Origin: an uncultured Nitrosopumilaceae archaeon
GTDB taxonomy: Archaea > Thermoproteota > Nitrososphaeria > Nitrososphaerales > Nitrosopumilaceae
Assembly (NCBI GenBank): GCA_964480245.1
Contig: CAYZOW010000005.1
Location: 30,991 to 54,990, forward strand
Length of the DNA: 24,000 bases
Direction: 5' to 3'
Below the pieces are notes generated by a model. The model had not been told where the DNA came from, searched no databases, and saw nothing but the letters and a program-made list of their open reading frames with translations. Positions 15,947 to 22,454 of this stretch are shown here, one piece after another; position 1 is the first letter of the stretch, and the number at the start of each line of letters is the position of its first letter. The position numbers were made by a program, and so were the translations under genes.

Positions 15947-16365
15947 TTATTCTCCAATTAGTTTGACAAGTACTTTTTTTGGTCTTCTTCCATCAAATTC
16001 ACCATAGAATATCTGTTCCCAAGGTCCAAAGTCAAGCCTACCCTTTGTTATTGCCACAACAACCTCTCTACCCATTACCTGTCTTTTTAGATGAGCGTCT
16101 GCATTGTCCTCCCCTGTTTTATTGTGTTCATACTGATCTATTGGTTCATGTGGTGCAAGCTTCTCAAGCCACTTTTCGTAATCATGATGCAAACCACTTT
16201 CGTTGTCATTAATAAACACGCTAGCTGTTATGTGCATTGCATTTACTAAGCAAAGGCCCTCAGTGATACCACTTTTTTAACTATCTTTTCAACGTGCGGT
16301 GTGATGTTTACAAATCCTCTTCTAGATGAAACATTGAATGTTAGGTATTCTGTAATGAAATTCAT
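15947..16365 (-). pseudogene. YjbQ/UPF0047 family (secondary thiamine-phosphate synthase-like) gene interrupted by a 1-nt frameshift in an A6 run
   Basis: The ORF-track part (15947..16237) starts inside the family core, at ...[24 protein letters not shown]... The upstream frame from the ATG at 16365 reads [31 protein letters not shown], then runs out of frame after the homopolymer at 16273..16278. Shifting by one base gives [27 protein letters not shown], and the joined length of ~139 aa matches the family. Confidence 0.75.
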
Positions 16366-16543
16366 GAACAATCAAGACGTGTTATTTTTGACAAAGATTA
16401 TGTAAGTGCAGGCTCAGAACTCAAGATCCTTCTCATCAAATCAAAGGGATTTGGTCATCAACGCCTGCAACCCCTAAATTCATTTTGTTCCTAATTGAGT
16501 CTTTCAAAAAGCTTGATAAAAGGCAAAGAGCAATTTAGCTGAC

Positions 16544-16951
16544 ATGGTTACAATAGATGCGGCGTGCTCACTTGAGAGTTTCAGGAAGTTTGTTATCCTT
16601 AGTACCTGTAATTCTTTCGTTCCAGAAAGCTACTATGAGGATTATGAAGTGTTCCCAGAACGTGAAGAAAGCCCCGGTCTTATTTATGTAGAAGCTGCAG
16701 ACAAAGTAACTCTAAAAAAAATTCGTGATATGACCTTTGTCAATGCAAAGGACGTTTTAGGCATAATCTATTCCTCAAAGAGTGGAAACACTAATCTAAA
16801 ATGGCGACAAATTAGGCGAAATAGTGGAAAGGTCACTGGTGAAGCCTCAACAAATACACTTGTAAATCTTACAGAGGCTGGAGTTATAACACAAGAATGG
16901 GTTCAAAACTACCTAAGAAAAAAGGCCAAGACTAGTGAATTAACAAACTAA
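16544..16951 (+). CDS. Hypothetical protein (135 aa), no recognisable motif
   Basis: Clean ORF with an ATG start, coding-like composition and an oligo-T tract after the stop. I recognise no family. Confidence 0.5.
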   Translation: MVTIDAACSLESFRKFVILSTCNSFVPESYYEDYEVFPEREESPGLIYVEAADKVTLKKIRDMTFVNAKDVLGIIYSSKSGNTNLKWRQIRRNSGKVTGEASTNTLVNLTEAGVITQEWVQNYLRKKAKTSELTN

Positions 16952-16954
16952 TTC

Positions 16955-16970
16955 TCTTTTCTTTTTTATT
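16955..16970 (+). terminator. Oligo-T tract (archaeal intrinsic terminator-like)
   Basis: CTCTTTTCTTTTTTATT lies immediately after the TAA at 16949..16951 and before the Pelota promoter region. Confidence 0.4.
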
Positions 16971-16998
16971 GTTGCTATTATAATGTAGGGTAAGAAAA

Positions 16999-18048
16999 AT
17001 GATCACAAAAACAATAGATGAAAGTTCTATTTCTTTGATACCTGAAGAACCAGATGACCTCTTTGCCCTCCGAAGAATAATAAAAAATGGTGATAGACTT
17101 ACTGGGGATACTACACGTGCTATAAGACAGGAAAAGGACTATGCCAGACCAGACAGAGGTGAACGAATAAAAATAAGAGTTGCGTTGAATGTTGAAAAGA
17201 TCTCAATTGATGATGTGGTTGACAGATTAAAAGTTCATGGAACAATAATAGAATCTGACAGCGAATCTGTGCAAAAGGGTTCTCATCATTCTCTGATACT
17301 CAAAATAGGCGAAGCTGTTACCTTGACAAAAAAGAGCTGGACTGATCTTGAAAAAAAACTGATCTCTAACAAAAAGGAATATTCGGGATTCTTATTAGTT
17401 GCTATAGACACTGGTGACTGTGGTATAGGAAGACTGAGTGGCACGCACCTCAAATTAATGTCAAATATGTACTCTGGCTCAAGTGGAAAAAGATACAAGA
17501 CCAAATTCAATATTGAAACATTTTTTGAGGATGTTGAAAGTGCCATCTCCTCTTCTGTACAGGAAGGTGATACCATTGTCATATTTGGGCCAGGTGAGAC
17601 TAGAAAGAGGTTTGGAAACTATCTATCTCAAGGGTCCATTGGTAAAAAACACAAAGTGAATGTTGTGGAAGGAATAGATTCTGGTGGAGAAGATGGGATT
17701 TACACCTTCATAAAATCTGAAGCCATGAAACAGGCAATGGCAAAAAGTAAACTTGCAAAAGTGTCAGGAATCATTGATGAAATAATGCTAAGAGTAAACA
17801 AAAAGAGCAATAAATTCACTATGGGTTTTGATGAAACTGTGAAAGCAAATAACGCAGGAGCTGTAGAATCACTTGTCTTTTCTGATAAAGTTTTTGAGAA
17901 GCAAGATGAAGACGTGGTTATAGGATTTTTGAACGAGGCTGAAAATAAAGGAGTAAAAATATTTTCAGTTGATTCCACAACAGATGTAGGATTAAGAGTT
18001 TCATCTCTTGGTGGAATTGTTTCACTTTTGAGATTTGTTCCTAGTTGA
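16999..18048 (+). CDS. pelA: Pelota (aPelota/Dom34) ribosome rescue / mRNA surveillance factor
   Basis: 349-aa ORF. The N-terminus has LIPEEPDDLFALRRIIKNGDRLTGDTTR, the Pelota signature. Central and C-terminal eRF1-like domains follow (IVIFGPGETRKRF, GVKIFSVDS). Confidence 0.9.
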   Translation: MITKTIDESSISLIPEEPDDLFALRRIIKNGDRLTGDTTRAIRQEKDYARPDRGERIKIRVALNVEKISIDDVVDRLKVHGTIIESDSESVQKGSHHSLILKIGEAVTLTKKSWTDLEKKLISNKKEYSGFLLVAIDTGDCGIGRLSGTHLKLMSNMYSGSSGKRYKTKFNIETFFEDVESAISSSVQEGDTIVIFGPGETRKRFGNYLSQGSIGKKHKVNVVEGIDSGGEDGIYTFIKSEAMKQAMAKSKLAKVSGIIDEIMLRVNKKSNKFTMGFDETVKANNAGAVESLVFSDKVFEKQDEDVVIGFLNEAENKGVKIFSVDSTTDVGLRVSSLGGIVSLLRFVPS

Positions 18049-18348
18049 TCCTATTAACCATTCTAAATATGATTTGTTGATAGAATTTACTTTAAACTCT
18101 ATAATTTCAGGAACATGATAAGGGTGTAATTTTTGTATCTCTTTTTTTAGTGACGCTTTTGTCTTATTTGTTGTCTTAAAAAGTGCCAAAAATTCTTGAG
18201 TTTTTTCAAGTTTTCCTTGCCAAGTATAGATGGAATGGATTTTTGTAAAATTAACACATGCCGCAAGTTGTTTTTTAACCACTACATTTGCAATTTTGAG
18301 AACAGATTTTTTGTCTGGATATGTTGAAATTATTACTACTGGATCCAT
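18022..18348 (-). CDS. cutA: CutA1 divalent-cation tolerance protein
   Basis: MDPVVIISTYPDKKSVLKIANVVVKKQLAACVNFTKIHSIYTWQGKLEKTQEFLALFKT...YHVPEIIEF matches the CutA core. I place the start at the ATG at 18348 (109 aa), not 18387. The 3' end overlaps Pelota by 27 nt. Confidence 0.85.
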   Translation of the reverse strand: MDPVVIISTYPDKKSVLKIANVVVKKQLAACVNFTKIHSIYTWQGKLEKTQEFLALFKTTNKTKASLKKEIQKLHPYHVPEIIEFKVNSINKSYLEWLIGSTRNKSQK

Positions 18349-18392
18349 AGCAACCGATAAATTTACCCTGATTAAAAAGAGTATCAATTACT

Positions 18393-19595
18393 TTGGCGTT
18401 TGATTTTTTGACACAGAACTCTATCTTCTATGTTCTGATTGCGTGGATTGTAGTAGTTGTACTAGCCAAGGCCTCTAAACTTGACAAACATGGCTTTGAG
18501 ATAAAACCATACAGCCTAACCTACAAAAATTACAATGTACAGCTTGTTCTAACTAGACTTTTAGGTAGAACCGAGAAGGCCACAAGAATATTCTCAAATG
18601 TAAGCGTCGTTGCGGGGTTTATAATGATGGGTTTTGCCTTTTGGTTTCTGATCTCTAATTTATTCAATTTCTTTGTCAAACCAGAATCCTTTTCAGAACT
18701 AACAGTCCTAATACCAGGAGTCACAATCCAGTCTAGTGCAAACATTGCATATTTTTTGCTGACTGTTCCAATTGTTCTTGTTATACATGAGGGAGCCCAT
18801 GGAATTGTTGCAACTTTAGAAAAAATAAAGATCAAGACAGGAGGATTTGCGGTGTTTATAGCACTATTTGCTGGATTTGTAGAACCAGATGAGGAAGAGT
18901 TTGCTAAAGCAAAAAAGATTTCAAGGCTCAGGGTAATAGGTGCAGGAGCAACATCAAATGTTCTCTTTTCGTTTCTTATAGCGGGTTTACTTATCTTCAA
19001 TCCTACTTTTGCACTTTTAATGCCAGAACCTATTCGCGGTGTGTTTTATGATGAACCATTGGGTGTTCCAATACTTTCTGTAACAGAAGGATCTGGTGCA
19101 GCTGCAGCTGGACTCCTTAAAGGAGATATAATTACTGCAATTAACGGTATAGTTATTGCCCAGCCGCATGATTTTGAGAAAGCAAAGCTAACTCCTGGCG
19201 AGACAGCTATGGTATCAATAATCAGAGATGGAGAAACTTTGCAGATTTCTGTTGTAACTAAACCCTCACAGGAAGACCCACAAAGAGGACTGCTTGGAAT
19301 TACAAGAGCAGCGTTTCCTTCTTACCAGCCTGTGGTACCCTACTACATACCATGGAGCCCTGAGGTGTTCATGTTTTTGCTTTGGCTTTGGATGCTCTCA
19401 TTTTTCATTGGCATATTCAACATGCTTCCTCTTCCTATACTTGATGGAGGCAAATTCATCCATAGTATAATTGAGAAAAAGATCTCTGATAGTGCACTAA
19501 AGGGTGCTATGTGGTCCATTTACTCCTTTACATTTGCCTTATTTGCACTAAACATTGCCTTTTCCGTAGTAAAGTCTGGCTTTATTACTATTTGA
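18393..19595 (+). CDS. Site-2 protease family (peptidase M50) intramembrane metalloprotease with PDZ domain
   Basis: 400-aa ORF with a TTG start. It has HEGAHG (HExxH) in a TM helix, a PDZ-like segment GAAAAGLLKGDIITAINGIVI, and the second metal-ligand motif FNMLPLPILDGG. Confidence 0.85.
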   Translation: MAFDFLTQNSIFYVLIAWIVVVVLAKASKLDKHGFEIKPYSLTYKNYNVQLVLTRLLGRTEKATRIFSNVSVVAGFIMMGFAFWFLISNLFNFFVKPESFSELTVLIPGVTIQSSANIAYFLLTVPIVLVIHEGAHGIVATLEKIKIKTGGFAVFIALFAGFVEPDEEEFAKAKKISRLRVIGAGATSNVLFSFLIAGLLIFNPTFALLMPEPIRGVFYDEPLGVPILSVTEGSGAAAAGLLKGDIITAINGIVIAQPHDFEKAKLTPGETAMVSIIRDGETLQISVVTKPSQEDPQRGLLGITRAAFPSYQPVVPYYIPWSPEVFMFLLWLWMLSFFIGIFNMLPLPILDGGKFIHSIIEKKISDSALKGAMWSIYSFTFALFALNIAFSVVKSGFITI

Positions 19596-19659
19596 GGTTA
19601 CAAGTAAGGATGTTCAAAAAATTATATATGGTTAAATTTGGGCATAAAAAAAAGCCCTT

Positions 19660-20574
19660 ATGAAATGCGATAGATGCAACGATGTAGCTGCATATTCCAG
19701 AAAATATTCTGCGGAGAACCTCTGTTCTGCGTGCTTTTCAAATTCCATATTACAAAAAACATCTAGAACCATTTCAAAATACAATATGATAAAAAACAGT
19801 GATCTTGTAGGAGTAGCAGTTTCAGGTGGGAAAGACTCACTTTCGCTTTTACATGTTCTTAAAAAAATGTCAGAATCACACAACTTTAAACTAAGAGCAA
19901 TAACTGTAGATGAGGGTATTCCAGATTATAGAAACGAGGCACTCAAAATTGTAAAGGATTTTTGCAGCAAGCTTGGGGTAGAACACAGAGTGTATTCATA
20001 CAAAGAGCTTTTTGATGTAACATTACAAGAATCACTTGAGCTTAGAGAGAGTGAAAAAACATCTTCATGCTCCATCTGCGGAACACTCAGAAGAAGAGCA
20101 ATTGATTTTGGTGCAAAAGACTTGGATGTGGATGTAACAGCAACAGGTCACAACCTAGATGATGTTCTTCAGACTTTTATTATCAATCTATTATCAGGCG
20201 ACACAAACAAGATAGGGTGGATGAATCCCGATACATCATCAAACAAAACCAGAAAGGTAAAGCCTTTTTGTGAAATTTATGAAAACGAAATTGCGTTTTA
20301 CGCCTTTACAAACGAAATTCCCTTCCAGTCAGAACAATGTCCACATATGAATGAGGGAATAAGAACCGAGATCCGTGAATTTTTAAATTCATTGGAAAAC
20401 AAACATAGTGGAATCAAAAATAGCATGTATAGATCTGTCATGAGGATCTCAAACATGGCCAAAGACACAAACTACAAGCAAAGAAGAGTTTGCCCAAAAT
20501 GCGGTAATGAATGTACGGGAGAAATATGCGCTGTGTGTAATATGCTTGTAAATCTAAAGCAAGCCAGAACCTAA
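19660..20574 (+). CDS. PP-loop ATPase, tRNA 2-thiolation enzyme (NcsA/Ctu1/TtuA family)
   Basis: It has an N-terminal CxxC...CxxC zinc finger, the PP-loop VAVSGGKDSLSL, the CSICGTLRR and QCPH cluster-ligand regions, and a C-terminal CPKCGNEC...CAVC zinc finger. Confidence 0.85.
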   Translation: MKCDRCNDVAAYSRKYSAENLCSACFSNSILQKTSRTISKYNMIKNSDLVGVAVSGGKDSLSLLHVLKKMSESHNFKLRAITVDEGIPDYRNEALKIVKDFCSKLGVEHRVYSYKELFDVTLQESLELRESEKTSSCSICGTLRRRAIDFGAKDLDVDVTATGHNLDDVLQTFIINLLSGDTNKIGWMNPDTSSNKTRKVKPFCEIYENEIAFYAFTNEIPFQSEQCPHMNEGIRTEIREFLNSLENKHSGIKNSMYRSVMRISNMAKDTNYKQRRVCPKCGNECTGEICAVCNMLVNLKQART

Positions 20575-20577
20575 TGC

Positions 20578-20585
20578 AAATATAA
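20578..20585 (+). promoter_or_regulatory. TATA-like box for the SRP RNA gene
   Basis: AAATATAA is centred ~25 nt upstream of the first base of the terminal stem at ~20607. Confidence 0.35.
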
Positions 20586-20606
20586 GATTTCGTGGTAAGA
20601 TAAACT

Positions 20607-20922
20607 GGTAGTAGGGAGGATCGGGGCGCCAGCCGTGCCCCAAATCTGAAACCGGCTACATGCAGAGATCAGTAACTGCTGGGTAAATCTCTAGATGGAT
20701 AGTACTCGCTTGACTTGCGGAAATGAAATCACGCCGAAGCGGGTGGATACAGGACTGGGGCTGTCCGAAGGGACAGTCCCCAAGACCGAACTGCTGAAAG
20801 GGATGAGGTCCGGGAGGGAGCAATCCTAAGGCGGAGTATCCACGCTGCGTCGTCTACGTGGCGGATCTTGCTTGACTTGAGATGGGGCTATCTGCCTAGA
20901 TTGGAACTGGCAGAGCTACTAC
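20607..20922 (+). ncRNA. ffs: Signal recognition particle RNA (archaeal 7S SRP RNA), ~316 nt
   Basis: This is the only strongly G+C-rich non-coding patch in the window. The 5' GTAGTAG (20607..20613) pairs with the 3' CTACTAC (20916..20922). The helix 8 signature AGGTCCGGGAGGGAGCAATCCTAAGGCGG matches the universal AGGUCCGGAAGGAAGCAGCCAAGGCAG. A helix 6-like hairpin reads GGGGCTGTCC-GAAG-GGACAGTCCCC. Long-range helix 5 pairing joins GTGGATAC and GTATCCAC. End coordinates are accurate to a few nt. Confidence 0.85.
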
Positions 20923-20950
20923 TAAATATTCCGTAAGAAGTTTTGAAAAC

Positions 20951-21283
20951 ATGGATGATCTAGTTTTTTCTGGGCATATAAAGGGCTATGATGATTTCAA
21001 AAAACAGATTACACCTTCAGTCAGACCGCTCTTAGATTCGCTAAGAGATTATTGTTTTTCTTTTGGAAAAAACGTGGTGGAGGATGTACGTATGCATAGA
21101 ATAGTTTTTTGCAAATCGATGACTTTTAGATTCTTTGCAGACATGGAACCACGGCAAGATTCAATCTTGATAAAAATAAGAAGGGATAGAAAAGAACCTC
21201 AAAAAGAAGTTGAGATAAAACCTGGTCAAAACCTTGATGAATTAAAAAAACTGCTTTTAGATGCATATAATACAATACACTAG
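20951..21283 (+). CDS. Hypothetical protein (110 aa)
   Basis: Clean ATG ORF. It weakly resembles small DUF-type domains with the pattern ...V.ED....RIVF......FFA......DSILIKI..., but I cannot assign a family. Confidence 0.5.
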   Translation: MDDLVFSGHIKGYDDFKKQITPSVRPLLDSLRDYCFSFGKNVVEDVRMHRIVFCKSMTFRFFADMEPRQDSILIKIRRDRKEPQKEVEIKPGQNLDELKKLLLDAYNTIH

Positions 21284-21558
21284 TACAAGATATCGAATTT
21301 TGAAAACTCTTCCTTGTACTGTTCGGTTATAATTTCTACATCATCCACTACAGCATTTGCAGGTCCCGCGTGGCACCACTCTACTACTTCACTTACGTCC
21401 ATATCATTTCCTTCAAGTACTGCCTCAACTCGTCCATCATGTAGATTTTTCACCCATCCTGTAACATTTTTCTTTTCTGCCATTACTTTAGTTGTTTGAC
21501 GGAAAAAAACTCCCTGAACTCTTCCTTTTATAAAAAGATGAATACGTTGTTTTGCCAC
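21280..21558 (-). CDS. acyP: Acylphosphatase
   Basis: 92-aa ORF with a GTG start. IKGRVQGVFFRQTTKVMAEKKNVTGWVKNLHDGRVEAVLEG is the acylphosphatase signature (V.G.VQGV.FR and GWV.N..DG.V). Confidence 0.9.
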   Translation of the reverse strand: MAKQRIHLFIKGRVQGVFFRQTTKVMAEKKNVTGWVKNLHDGRVEAVLEGNDMDVSEVVEWCHAGPANAVVDDVEIITEQYKEEFSKFDILY

Positions 21559-21600
21559 ATTGAAGTTTTTTATTTACTATTAATTAGTCTTAAGTAAGGA

Positions 21601-22350
21601 TTATTTTTTAAAGTTATCGGCTTGCCTTTCCTTGATTCTTGCACGACCAGTCTTTCTTGCAGCTATGCTACCTACTTTTCGTCCTGGTGGCGCGTTCCTT
21701 GAAACAGTTGAGCTTTTGCCAACATGCTGATGTCTTCCACCGCCATGTGGGTGTACATATGCAGCCATCGCAACTCCCCTAACAATTGGATATTTCTGTC
21801 CCTTAGATTGTTTTCTGCGCCACGCAACACCAGCTCGCATAAGTGGTCTATCGCCTACACCACCACCAGCAAGAATTCCAATCATGGCTCTATTCTGTGG
21901 ATTAAGGGTAGTGAATTTTCCTGATGGGAGTTTTATTGTAACACCTTCCGAACTGTGGGAAAAAACTGTGGCATATGTTCCTGCCGACTTTACTATAGTC
22001 CCACCATCACCAAAGTATTTTTCTACATTACTTACAATTGTTCCATCCGGAATGTTTTGAACGCTTATTACGTTTCCTGGAGAAATTTCAGACTTTAGTC
22101 CAAACTGCACCTTTGATCCAATCTTGGTGCCAAGAATTGCCGGAAAAAATGAGGTAGAACCATCATCAAATCTAACTTTTGCAAGAGGTGCATCACGGCC
22201 GGTTTCATGAACCAGATCTATAACATGGCCCTCTCGTTGTTCTGAAAGTCCAAATCTTGGATACTTTGCAGGAAGTAACTTACCAGTAGATGCTGCACGA
22301 AATTGCATTCCTCCTCGTCCACGTCTTCTAACTAGCGGTCTTTTACCCAA
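21601..22350 (-). CDS. rpl2: 50S ribosomal protein uL2 (L2p)
   Basis: 249-aa ORF with a TTG start. It has MGKRPLVRRRGRGG..., GDRPLMRAGVAWRR, YPIVRGVAMAAYVHPHGGG and SRNAPPGRKVG, the hallmarks of archaeal/eukaryotic-type L2. Confidence 0.95.
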   Translation of the reverse strand: MGKRPLVRRRGRGGMQFRAASTGKLLPAKYPRFGLSEQREGHVIDLVHETGRDAPLAKVRFDDGSTSFFPAILGTKIGSKVQFGLKSEISPGNVISVQNIPDGTIVSNVEKYFGDGGTIVKSAGTYATVFSHSSEGVTIKLPSGKFTTLNPQNRAMIGILAGGGVGDRPLMRAGVAWRRKQSKGQKYPIVRGVAMAAYVHPHGGGRHQHVGKSSTVSRNAPPGRKVGSIAARKTGRARIKERQADNFKK

Positions 22351-22424
22351 AAGCAGAAAACCTCTGTCTCATGTAAATTTTAAGCTTTGGATCATTGTAT
22401 GTAATAGATGAAAGCCAACAAAGG

Positions 22425-22432
22425 TATAAAAA
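22425..22432 (+). promoter_or_regulatory. TATA-like box upstream of cdc48
   Basis: TATAAAAA is centred ~26 nt upstream of the ATG at 22455. A GGGGTG purine patch lies between them. Confidence 0.3.
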
Positions 22433-22454
22433 TTAGTTTAGGGGTGTTTACTCT

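Noticed and set aside
18349-18387. 13-codon N-terminal extension of the CutA ORF.
   Set aside because: CutA proteins are ~100-110 aa and begin just before the first beta-strand (here MDPVVIISTYP). The extension would leave only 5 nt between divergent genes, with no room for promoters.
20607-20922. Considered whether the structured G+C-rich RNA is RNase P RNA instead of SRP RNA.
   Set aside because: The universal SRP helix 8 motif (AGGTCCGGGAGGGAGCA...AAGGCGG) is present, and the overall shape is one long hairpin with a 5'/3' closing stem. I did not see RNase P conserved regions such as the CR-I and CR-V pairing with the ACAGNRA-type motif.
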